This document shows, piece after piece, positions 18,578-26,687 of a DNA stretch of 32,000 bases (position 1 is the stretch's first letter; the number at the start of each line of letters is the position of its first letter). The position numbers were made by a program, and so were the translations under genes. The DNA is from Desulfotalea psychrophila LSv54. Lineage in GTDB: Bacteria > Desulfobacterota > Desulfobulbia > Desulfobulbales > Desulfocapsaceae. The stretch is taken from NCBI RefSeq assembly GCF_000025945.1, contig NC_006138.1, positions 1,560,001 through 1,592,000 on the forward strand, read 5' to 3'. Below the pieces are notes generated by a model. The model worked only from the letters and a program-made list of their open reading frames with translations, did not search any database and had not been told where the DNA came from.

Positions 18578-19852
18578 TTAAAGATATTCTTTCCAGTGCT
18601 TGCGTTTTGTTTTTGCGGGTTTTCCTGCCTGCCCCTTAGATTTACCTTTACGCCGAGGTGGATCAGGTTCAAAATTACCATACTCCTCATCTTCATCTGA
18701 TAACACTACTGCTGGCTTCTTGCTCGGCGCAAAACCTTGGACGATATCACGTTCAAATTTACGGCCAATCAGCTTCTCAATAGAGGCGAGTTGCTGAGCT
18801 TCATCTTCACTGAAAAATGAAACCGCTAAGCCAGAGGTACCAGCACGGCCGGTACGACCAATGCGATGCACATAGTCTTCTGCTACATAGGGGAGATCAA
18901 AGTTAATCACGCACGGTAGTTGATGAACATCAATGCCCCGAGAGGCAATATCTGTTGCGACCAATACCACAACACTCCCGTTTTTAAAACCATCTAAGGC
19001 ACGTGTCCGTGCATATTGGGTTCTGTTGGCATGAATTGATTCGGCATTAATGCCAGCTTCTTTGAGCTGAGTAACTAAGGTGTCGGCTCCACGCTTGGTA
19101 CGACTAAAGACCAAAAGTTGCTGCCAATTGTACTTTTTAATTAGGTGAATCAATAATGCACTCTTTCGTTCCTGATCTACAGGATGCATTTTCTGCTTAA
19201 TGGAATCGACAATATTTTTATCGGTATCCACTTCAATCAAAACAGGATCATGTAGCATGCCCCCTGCAAGTGACTTGATCTCTTCTGAAAATGTAGCTGA
19301 GAACATCAAAGTTTGACGCTTGGCTGGAAGTAATGTTTGGATGTGACGGATATCGTCGATAAAGCCTAAATCCAACATACGATCTGCTTCATCGAGTACC
19401 AATATTTTAAGTGCGTCAAAGCTCACTGCCTGTTGATTATAAAGATCAAGCAAACGGCCAGGTGTTGCAACAAGCACATCTAGACCAGCCTGTAGTTTGG
19501 CTATCTGTGGCTCAATTCTTACTCCACCAAATGCTGCGCCAGTGCGAATATTCATCATGCTGCCATAGGTTTGAACACTTTCGGCAACTTGAGCTGCAAG
19601 CTCACGGGTTGGTGTAATAACAAGCGCACGTACTGTGCATGGCTGTGGACTATCGCCACCAGACAATAACTGTACCATAGGTAAGGTAAAGCCAGCCGTT
19701 TTTCCCGTGCCAGTGTGTGCCACCGCCATAACATCACGCTGATTCAGCACCACTGGAATAGCTTCCGTTTGTATCTGTGATGGAGTGGTGTATCCTTGCT
19801 CTGCGACGGTTTGCAAAAGTTCATCACACAAGCCTAAAATGGCAAATGACAT
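18578..19852 (-). CDS. rhlE: DEAD-box RNA helicase, RhlE-like
   Basis: Q motif PSQIQTEAIPVVL, AHTGTGKTAGF, PTRELAAQ, VLDEADRMLDLGF, SATF, HRIGRTGRAG; C-terminal basic tail. Confidence 0.9.
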   Translation of the reverse strand: MSFAILGLCDELLQTVAEQGYTTPSQIQTEAIPVVLNQRDVMAVAHTGTGKTAGFTLPMVQLLSGGDSPQPCTVRALVITPTRELAAQVAESVQTYGSMMNIRTGAAFGGVRIEPQIAKLQAGLDVLVATPGRLLDLYNQQAVSFDALKILVLDEADRMLDLGFIDDIRHIQTLLPAKRQTLMFSATFSEEIKSLAGGMLHDPVLIEVDTDKNIVDSIKQKMHPVDQERKSALLIHLIKKYNWQQLLVFSRTKRGADTLVTQLKEAGINAESIHANRTQYARTRALDGFKNGSVVVLVATDIASRGIDVHQLPCVINFDLPYVAEDYVHRIGRTGRAGTSGLAVSFFSEDEAQQLASIEKLIGRKFERDIVQGFAPSKKPAVVLSDEDEEYGNFEPDPPRRKGKSKGQAGKPAKTKRKHWKEYL

Positions 19853-20064
19853 GGGTATTCCTTGGATTGATTACTGTTTTCAGAGAGTACCATCCCACCC
19901 GGGAGCATGGGAATGAGTTGGGCATTAGGGGCGGGTGATACTCTGCATAGGTTCATGTTAGCACAAATCTCTTGGCAACCAGCGAAGCGCATCCCAAACA
20001 GCGCCTTGGTATGTGCGCTAATATTTATTATGAGTATCTGCTTGGTTGGCAACCTAAGGCTGGC

Positions 20065-20487
20065 CTATTCTGCTAAGAGCTTTTTAAGCAGCTCATCTAT
20101 TTCCCTTTGAAGTTCTTTATCTACAATTTTATTCGCACTAATTTTGGCTTCTTGGAGATTCTTGAGAGCTTCGTCAGTTCGACCTAATTCTACCTGTAAT
20201 GTAGCCATAGAGTATGCAATTGAAGACATATGGTCTTTTGAATTTATAGCGATTGCCTTCTCCAGGGCCTTTTCGTAGCCAGTTACGGCAACTTCCAAAT
20301 TTTCTGTAAAATCCGCAAGTGTTTCCCACTGTTCAGGGTGATCTTTGGCGGTATTTTCGTTATCGATGCAAATAGCCTTGAGTTCTGCATAGAGCCTATC
20401 AAATTCCTTTTCACTCTTTTGCTTAGACGCATGCATGAGCTTTTCAGACAGGGTATAGACGGCCTTATATATCTTGCTATTAATCAT
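20065..20487 (-). CDS. TPR-like helical hypothetical protein
   Basis: 140-aa ORF with YEKALEKAIAINSKDHMSSIAYSMATLQVELGRTDEALKNLQEAKISANKI (tetratricopeptide-like). Confidence 0.7.
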   Translation of the reverse strand: MINSKIYKAVYTLSEKLMHASKQKSEKEFDRLYAELKAICIDNENTAKDHPEQWETLADFTENLEVAVTGYEKALEKAIAINSKDHMSSIAYSMATLQVELGRTDEALKNLQEAKISANKIVDKELQREIDELLKKLLAE

Positions 20488-20622
20488 TACTCATTACCTT
20501 TTCTCTACAAAATGATTTTTTAGTGAGATGAAACAAAGTACATTATGCTGGAGGTGGACAGCAAGCGCAAGATATTAAAATTTGAAAAGTGGGTGAGCGG
20601 GAGCCGGTTTTCGATCCTACAC

Positions 20623-20905
20623 GGCCTTGTTGCATAAATCATGAGGGCAGAAAATCATCTTCCCTCCACTCCATTACATCTTAGCAAACAGTCTCTCGAA
20701 CAGGCATTCCAAAAGCGGTAATCTTGTTTAAAGCTTCAATCGCTTTTTTGTCCACCCAAAACGTTAACATCATTACTTCAGTGCCCTTATACTCCGACCA
20801 ATTTTTGATCTTTCCCCTGCTCTCTCCCCTGTATCCTCCAATGCTCTATGTTATAAGAAAACATCATCGAACAATGCTCGCAACTTCTATTTGTGCAACA
20901 AGGCC
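20623..20905. mobile_element. MITE-like non-autonomous element, copy B (~283 bp), inserted at the 3' end of a cassette gene
   Basis: Left end ggccttgttgcataaatcatgaggg and right end ctatttgtgcaacaaggcc form terminal inverted repeats. The interior is homologous in inverted orientation to 15641-15807. No intact transposase. Confidence 0.75.
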
Positions 20906-21322
20906 CCATGGGGTTAATAATTTTATTGTATTTATTGTGTATTTAGCACTTTTATTAAGTGCATTTATATCTCGTGTAACACAATTAATTAAACCCCACC
21001 CATCTTGGTGTTTCCAATAATTTGCTCCCGCATTTATTACTTTAATATACGAAAGCTCATCTGTTATTTTTTTGCCTAGCTTTAAAGCATCATCTTTTCT
21101 AACATCTAATTGAGGGTATGTGCTTGAAATATATCGTTGAATTAGTGAAAACCCTACACCGATAAAATATTCACCTTTGTCGCATAATCTATCTGAATCA
21201 GGATCAGCAGAAAGGCTTATTTCATTGTTAATAGCTTTAACTTTAAAATCAAGGTGTTCTAGCATTTCTGTAAGAAAATAGAAATCACTGTCAGCAAACT
21301 CTTTTCCAATTTTGAGATACAT
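20864..21322 (-). CDS. cassette-encoded hypothetical protein, 3' end replaced by MITE-like element sequence
   Basis: MYLKIGKEFADSDFYFLTEMLEHLDFKVKAINNEISLSADPDSDRLCDKGEYFIGVGFSLIQRYIS... starts 32 bp after the attC-like site. The last ~14 codons fall in the element at 20623-20905. Confidence 0.6.
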   Translation of the reverse strand: MYLKIGKEFADSDFYFLTEMLEHLDFKVKAINNEISLSADPDSDRLCDKGEYFIGVGFSLIQRYISSTYPQLDVRKDDALKLGKKITDELSYIKVINAGANYWKHQDGWGLINCVTRDINALNKSAKYTINTIKLLTPWGLVAQIEVASIVR

Positions 21323-21353
21323 ATAACAGCTCCGTACACTGAACTATAGATAA

Positions 21354-21461
21354 GCCTAACGCTTCGTTAACTGGCGCATAGGTTGCTATTGTTTTTACTC
21401 TTTTTCTTTTGCAAAAACGATGACAGCCGTTTACGTGTCCGCGTTTAACGACTTGTTGTAT
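21354..21461 (-). other. attC-like recombination site 1
   Basis: Minus strand: ATACAAC-AAGTC-GTTAAAC...AGTTAAC-GAAGC-GTTAGGC. R''/L'' and L'/R' boxes with 5-nt spacers; R' fits GTTRRRY; L boxes complementary. It abuts the stop of CDS 21461-22099. Confidence 0.75.
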
Positions 21462-22099
21462 CAATGGCTAATGATTTCAATTAGTATTTCTCCGTACTTA
21501 TTTTTTGTGTATATAACCCCACCTGAATCTTCTTCTCCAGCTACCCCACCATCAATGCCGCCGAAGCTTAAAAAACCTACTTTATAAAGCTCTCCAGCAG
21601 TAAGTTGGTCATTTGGACAACCATTTGAAAAATCAACGATGTACTTTAAATCACCATAAAATGAGCGCTCAATCATCAGGCATATACGAATAGTTTCATC
21701 ATAATTACATTGATTCATGAAAAGACGTTCAAATACTTTTGCGTACAATTCGAATTTCCTTGAATCATCAGCTTTTTCAATAAGAGATAATACAGTTTCT
21801 CCAAATCTTTCTCGTTGTTCAGCCTCAAGCATTTCCTCAGCAATAAACCGAAGCCGCGCCTCCTCATTAGTTTTATTTAGCTCAGATAGGAAACGGATAA
21901 GTTTTTTTACATACTGCCTTTCTTTTACCGCAATACCAGTCTTGAAAATAGCTATGGCAGAACCTACTATTGGAATGTCCTTTAAAAAACCATTTTCCAA
22001 TACGGAATCTACCGCTATCTCAGCTAGGTTAGTTCCAGTACCTTCAAGCTTTTGTCCCATAGTTTGGACTATCGATTCTTCTAATTTCAATTCACTCAT
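21461..22099 (-). CDS. cassette-encoded hypothetical protein (212 aa)
   Basis: MSELKLEESIVQTMGQKLEGTGTNLAEIAVDSVLENGFLKDIPIVGSAIAIFKTGIAVKERQYVKKLIRFLSELNKTNEEAR...; coherent ORF exactly bracketed by two attC-like sites. Confidence 0.85.
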   Translation of the reverse strand: MSELKLEESIVQTMGQKLEGTGTNLAEIAVDSVLENGFLKDIPIVGSAIAIFKTGIAVKERQYVKKLIRFLSELNKTNEEARLRFIAEEMLEAEQRERFGETVLSLIEKADDSRKFELYAKVFERLFMNQCNYDETIRICLMIERSFYGDLKYIVDFSNGCPNDQLTAGELYKVGFLSFGGIDGGVAGEEDSGGVIYTKNKYGEILIEIISH

Positions 22100-22131
22100 A
22101 GTAACTCTAGATTTAAGTTATTCACTTATGG

Positions 22132-22198
22132 ATATAACGCTAAGTTGAGCGGCGCCGATTACGGCGTTCGAGTGCAGGGCGCGAACGCACTGTTAGCC
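22132..22198 (-). other. attC-like recombination site 2
   Basis: Plus strand: ATATAAC-GCTAA-GTTGAGC...CGCGAAC-GCACT-GTTAGCC, 67 bp, with internal cgccg-atta-cggcg stem. Box spacing matches sites 1 and 3. Confidence 0.65.
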
Positions 22199-22375
22199 TG
22201 CACTTAAAACTGGGCTTATTTCGCTCTCCCTAGTGGTTATTGACAGGCCAGCATCATCTTTCAGTTTGATAGGTTTAGTCGAATAGCACATTTACCATAT
22301 GCCTAACATTGATTGATATCGAAAAAAGACTTTTTATAACATATTGTTGGCCTAAAGATGCTGTTTTTTAGTTGA

Positions 22376-22445
22376 CCCAAACAGTAGGTTCGCGCCCTGG
22401 TTCGAGTGCTGCTTTCAGTCGAGCAGCTCGAACGACTGGTTAGAT
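22376..22445 (-). other. attC-like recombination site 3
   Basis: Plus strand: CCCAAAC-AGTAG-GTTCGCG...CTCGAAC-GACTG-GTTAGAT, 70 bp, with inner agtgctgctttcagtcgagcagct fold. It lies 4 bp from the stop of the minus-strand ORF ending at 22450. Confidence 0.7.
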
Positions 22446-22449
22446 GTTT

Positions 22450-22958
22450 TTATAATTTATCTGGTTTTTTAATCATTTCTTTTTCATACTGTTGAATTAG
22501 ATTTTTATTTATACATTCTTGTACATTACGAGTAAGAGAATATAAGTTTTTTTCTGATCTAATAGGCAAATCTAAAGCAAATTTAGTTAAATGTACTGAC
22601 AGCGTTTTGTGATTTTTAGATTTTAATTGTAACGTTAGGTTAGATTTTTTTTTTCTAAATGACAAATTATTTCATACTGATGTTGTCTTTTTTGAAACTC
22701 TGGCTCTTCATTGGAGGAATTTTGCAAAACACTGTTAGATGCATGATAGTTTAATAAGACTTGATTGATTTGTATGAGCAATGCTTCATCTTGCTTTTTT
22801 TTATTAATTGACTCTTGATTTCTTTGGGCAAAAAACTTTCTCCCACAGCCAATAATGCACCCAGAATTATATATAGTAGTTCCATTTTTTACACCTAACA
22901 AGTTATTCTTCACTTTCCTGATATCATCCCAAATCACAATTTGATAATGCTTTTTCAT
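22450..22958 (-). pseudogene. cassette-encoded hypothetical gene split by a frameshift at an A10/T10 homopolymer (~22655)
   Basis: ORF MKKHYQIVIWDDIRKVKNNLLGVKNG...QYEIICHLEKK and ORF ...RKKKSNLTLQLKSKNHKTLSVHLTKFALDLP...MIKKPDKL meet in the 10-nt homopolymer. The combined product would be ~170 aa and stops at attC-like site 3. Confidence 0.5.
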
Positions 22959-23382
22959 CCATGATCCTGCCAGCCTTACCAATCAACTTACAGCACTCCA
23001 ACCTAAGCGCCCACGGCTACCCTCCTTACAAAGGGGTGTGCTAACAGTCTCCAACCACTGTCCTACACTATTACTTTTTTATGAGCAATAGTTAAGCACC
23101 TTTAGGTGTACGTGCGGGGTCCGCTACGATTGGTTGGCGAAGATTATGCAGCAACATCGGGATAAAAATGAAAAAGAGAGGCACGGGTGTGGAATGGATG
23201 GGGCCATTGCCTATGCTGGCAGAAGAAACAGATTGTTACAAGGGTTGGGCTGCGATAAGGCCCGCAGCACCGGGCAATTGGGGCGCAGCGGAAAGCTATC
23301 CACCCACTATATGCCATAAATCGGTTTTCTTCTTCAGCTTGAGTGCTGTTGTTATGCGCTTTTTAGAAGTCCAGTAAGGTTG

Positions 23383-24123
23383 TCATAGTTTCCACGGCCT
23401 AAACTTTTGATCAGCCCCAAATAGGAGTAAGCCGGACGTAAGATCATTACCAGACGGGATTTGGAGTCGTTTACTCAACGACCGAAGAACCTTATCGACA
23501 CGTTTAGGTGGTTCCAAAAGGAATGTTTTACCTTCTGGTGTGGTACATAAAGATGGACTCGTAAGACTATGGTACGCCCTGCATAAGACAGGTCGTTGCT
23601 CATATATCCTGCAGGTTCGATTGAAAAGTAGCGGACATGGCTTACCTTCTTGCGATAGCTTATAGTGAGCTTCATATATCACTGGATGGTCGCTTGGAAT
23701 AGTAGTTATTCCAGGTTCTAGAAGAGCCTGAACTGCTTTCTGAAATTCGGAAGCATACTCAACAAGAAGTTTGTGGATATCTTTGTAGTCCTCAAATTGT
23801 CGTATCCTACGATAGAGAGATATGATCTCAAATGAGTAAAGCCCTCGGACTGGCTGTTTACAGCATCGATCACAAGTTAAATGGCAGGCGATTTCAAGGT
23901 TTGCTTCGACGGTATTGTGGTAAATATAATTATCATAAATACTGTAAAACTCTTGAAGCAATTCGAAGAACTCGTCAGGCAACCAACCAGTTACTGCAAA
24001 ATTATCGATCTCATGAACAGTATTAAGTTTGTTTGCCGCGACCACCATGCAATCAGTAAGCTGACGAGATTCATCATCATTAAGGGTTGGTAATTTTATT
24101 GGTTCATGCATGTGTACCCCCAA
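23383..24123 (-). CDS. YkgJ-family cysteine-cluster protein
   Basis: EIACHLTCDRCCKQPVRGLYSFEIISL...CPLLFNRTCRIYEQRPVLCRAYHSLTSPSLC: CxxCxxCC-type and CPLL/C.IYE.RP..CR motifs. Confidence 0.82.
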   Translation of the reverse strand: MGVHMHEPIKLPTLNDDESRQLTDCMVVAANKLNTVHEIDNFAVTGWLPDEFFELLQEFYSIYDNYIYHNTVEANLEIACHLTCDRCCKQPVRGLYSFEIISLYRRIRQFEDYKDIHKLLVEYASEFQKAVQALLEPGITTIPSDHPVIYEAHYKLSQEGKPCPLLFNRTCRIYEQRPVLCRAYHSLTSPSLCTTPEGKTFLLEPPKRVDKVLRSLSKRLQIPSGNDLTSGLLLFGADQKFRPWKL

Positions 24124-24284
24124 AACTCCATTCGCATAAAAAAATATCGTCCAGAAACGGGATATCTTTCAGCCGAAGTCAACCTGACAAGGCGATTTCT
24201 ATCCTGATAATATGCTGTTAACCTGACGCCATTCAATAAAGAGCAATAACCGGACAATCTCCCGCATGAGCCAGATTTTTTTCT

Positions 24285-24455
24285 GGCCTTGCCTGACCCA
24301 ACCGCCGACAAATACAGACCTGCATCCACTATGGATGATATCAAAAAAGCAACATCAACTCAAAGAGGTCTGGCTTCTGCAAGCATACAGCCACACCCGC
24401 AGACAGGGCTATCGGCCAACATCTTATCCTCTCATAGGGAATATTCAGAAGCGCA
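24285..24455 (+). repeat. copy 2 of the dispersed repeat seen at 8075-8330
   Basis: ccttgcctgacccaaccgccgacaaatacagacctgcatccactatggatgatatcaaaaaagcaacatcaactcaaagaggtctggcttctgcaagca...ctatcggccaacatcttat aligns with the reverse complement of the 8.1-8.3 kb region. Confidence 0.75.
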
Positions 24456-24948
24456 CCTCTAATCAGGTAACAGGAAGACGATGCAGGTTGTCTTATACGG
24501 CAGGGATAGGGAGAAGGCGGCCAGCATGCTGATTAAAATAGTATCAGGGGCAAGCAGGGGACTGTGCTACAGGTAGGTATGTTCATATAGCACAGAATTC
24601 TACATATGGAGGGCACAGGGTGCCAAAAGAAAGTAGGGCGCTCACAGGACCTCTTAGCGGGTATTACGAGGCAAAAGGATGCCCCAACCATGAACATTCT
24701 GTTGAGGTGTTGCTGGTCGGAGTGCCACCAAGGGAAAGTATTTGTACCCCATTTTGTACCCCGTCGATATTAGCTCTTATTCCGTCTTATAATAATCCAA
24801 AACCTATATTGATACGCAAGAGGGATAAAAGATTTTTCAAGGGAGGAATGGGGTGGGAGTGGGCTGTTTTTTGTGCATTTCCTGCACCCTCTGCACTTAA
24901 AACAAAAAAGGACCTACAGCAAAAACTGTAAGTGCTTGAAATCGTTTG

Positions 24949-24977
24949 TCGGAATGAGAGGATTTGAACTTTCGATC
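24949..24977 (-). repeat. tRNA-Pro 3'-end remnant (att-like duplication)
   Basis: gtcggaatgagaggatttgaactttcg versus gtcggaatgagaggattcgaacctccg in the intact tRNA at 26564-26641. The anticodon half is not recognisable as tRNA. Confidence 0.7.
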
Positions 24978-25046
24978 TGTTGTCTAGATCCCTGATAAGG
25001 GTGTGGCTTTTTGGGGGAATGGAAAAAATCCGTGAAGCAGATCTTT

Positions 25047-26168
25047 TTATTTGATGCTGATGAGTTGTAAAAAATCATTTTTGTAAGTGACTGGGTATCC
25101 TTTTGCTATTATCGTCTTTCCGCTTTGATCCCGCCATGTGTATTCCTTATTGTTACTGAGATAGAGATATACAAGTTTTGTGTATCCTTTAGCAGGTATT
25201 TGATATCTGTTGTAGGCACAGTAGGTATTGCCTTTGGCAGTTGTCCATGCACAGATTTCAGTGGTTTCTGCTAATGTTTTTATTTCCGGTTCCCTTTCTG
25301 CTTGGTGAAAAGCAGTTTTTTGAGATTTTTCTGTTATGTTTGGCTGTGGCGTGACATTTTGCACAGATGGTGCTACTTGAATTGAATGCTTAGTGGGTGG
25401 CTGTAGCTGTGAAAATCTTGGTAAAAAAAGGGGAATTGCTAAAAATATGACCAAGCAACATGTTGCAATTATAGTCTTTTGTTGCCATGTGAAGCTCTGC
25501 TTTTTAGGTTGATTCTGGTCATATTGTAATGTTGTCCCATCAATCAAAACTACCCCAGATAAGCGAGCAAACTCTATTGCTTCATGAGTAAATGTTCCTG
25601 ACGTGACTACAAATGCACCATCTAAATGGTGAGCCTGCATAACACCGTATATTTCACGGATAACAGTAACTCCTACTCGATAGACCTTCCAGTGTTTGCA
25701 CTGAACAATATATTTTTTCTCGTCTCTTTTTAGCCAAACATCAACCCCACCATCAGAACTTTGCTTGATGTTGTTTTTTACCCTGTAGCCTTGATTTTTA
25801 AAATATTCTCCTGTGAAATATTCGAAATCTTGCCATGTTAATTCGGTCACAGATTCTTTTTCAAAAGCAGTTTTAGTTGCTCTTTTGTAGAGAAATTTTT
25901 TGAACAATGACTGGATAGCTCCAATAACAAGAGAAAAAGGCACGACAACTTGTCCAAATATAGCAATTGTTTGTAGAACACGAGGCAGGATAGAGGCAAA
26001 GAGCCCCTCTATTCCCATTTGAGGCGGGGGAAGTGGTTTTATTGCAAAGTAATGCAGCAAGGTAAAAGAAAGAAGTGCACAAACAAGGTAAAGCCACCAA
26101 GGAAGGTCTGAGAAACAAAGGTCTATAAAATTTTCTAGTGTACTTTTTCTTTTATTTGACATAAGCAA
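25047..26168 (-). CDS. membrane-anchored Mrr-type restriction-endonuclease-like protein
   Basis: TM segments, then WQDFEYFTGEYFKNQGYRVKNNIKQSSDGGVDVWLKRDEKKYIVQCKHWKVYRVGVTVIREIYGVMQAHHLDGAFVVTSGTFTHEA (GGVDV...QCKHW PD-(D/E)xK core), another TM, and a C-terminal extracytoplasmic region. Confidence 0.88.
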   Translation of the reverse strand: MLMSNKRKSTLENFIDLCFSDLPWWLYLVCALLSFTLLHYFAIKPLPPPQMGIEGLFASILPRVLQTIAIFGQVVVPFSLVIGAIQSLFKKFLYKRATKTAFEKESVTELTWQDFEYFTGEYFKNQGYRVKNNIKQSSDGGVDVWLKRDEKKYIVQCKHWKVYRVGVTVIREIYGVMQAHHLDGAFVVTSGTFTHEAIEFARLSGVVLIDGTTLQYDQNQPKKQSFTWQQKTIIATCCLVIFLAIPLFLPRFSQLQPPTKHSIQVAPSVQNVTPQPNITEKSQKTAFHQAEREPEIKTLAETTEICAWTTAKGNTYCAYNRYQIPAKGYTKLVYLYLSNNKEYTWRDQSGKTIIAKGYPVTYKNDFLQLISIK

Positions 26169-26341
26169 TCAAACGATTCATCCAGGTCGTGGCTGACCTC
26201 TAGCCAAGACTTTTCGATAGAAACTTTTCGCATTGTTAACTTGATTTCGTAGAGATCTTCCTCTGCAATGTTAGAAGAAAGTATGTCGGCAATACTCCCT
26301 ATCCCTTCAAGTAAACTTCTATTTATGGTTGAGAATTTCAT
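26135..26341 (-). CDS. small protein overlapping the 5' end of the Mrr-like gene
   Basis: MKFSTINRSLLEGIGSIADILSSNIAEEDLYEIKLTMRKVSIEKSWLEVSHDLDESFDCLCQIKEKVH, preceded on the minus strand by aggag; translationally overlaps CDS 25047-26168. Confidence 0.65.
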   Translation of the reverse strand: MKFSTINRSLLEGIGSIADILSSNIAEEDLYEIKLTMRKVSIEKSWLEVSHDLDESFDCLCQIKEKVH

Positions 26342-26563
26342 AGCCTAATAATATACATGTTGGAGCTATCCTGTCAATATATGGAGGAACGTTAAGTGTG
26401 GATGAATATTTTCTATAGGGTGGTTAATACGGGTATTTTGAAGAAACAATGGGTGGGGAGGTGAGAACGAGTGTTTTTTGTGCGTCCTCTGCACTTATCT
26501 TGCACGTAAAACAAAAAAAGGGCCTTAAAAGCTTTATCAGCTCTTAAGGCCCTATGCAAATAA

Positions 26564-26641
26564 TGGTCGGAATGAGAGGATTCGAACCTCCGGCCCCTTG
26601 TCCCCCAGACAAGTGCGCTAACCAGGCTGCGCTACATTCCG
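26564..26641 (-). tRNA. tRNA-Pro(GGG), CCA encoded
   Basis: cggaatgtagcgcagcctggttagcgcacttgtctgggggacaaggggccggaggttcgaatcctctcattccgacca folds as a cloverleaf with anticodon loop CTGGGGG. Confidence 0.97.
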
Positions 26642-26687
26642 ACACAGGAGTTTTTTACCATTTGTGGTCCTGTAAGTCAATAGAATA

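Noticed and set aside
23039-23101. gtgctaacagtct...atagttaagcac as a fourth attC site
   Set aside because: The outer boxes pair, but inner L boxes do not; kept out of features pending a covariance-model test.
23130-23377. Overlapping small plus-strand ORFs (MAKIMQQHRDKNEKERHG..., MKKRGTGVEWMG...)
   Set aside because: No coherent family, composition or RBS support; likely non-coding or decayed sequence.
24620-24931. Plus-strand ORF near the tRNA remnant as a coding gene or integrase remnant
   Set aside because: I could not find convincing tyrosine recombinase motifs in any frame; only the short gtacccc repeats hint at an old integration.
24949-25030. A second intact tRNA gene
   Set aside because: Only the T-arm and acceptor 3' half resemble tRNA-Pro; no D arm or anticodon stem could be drawn.
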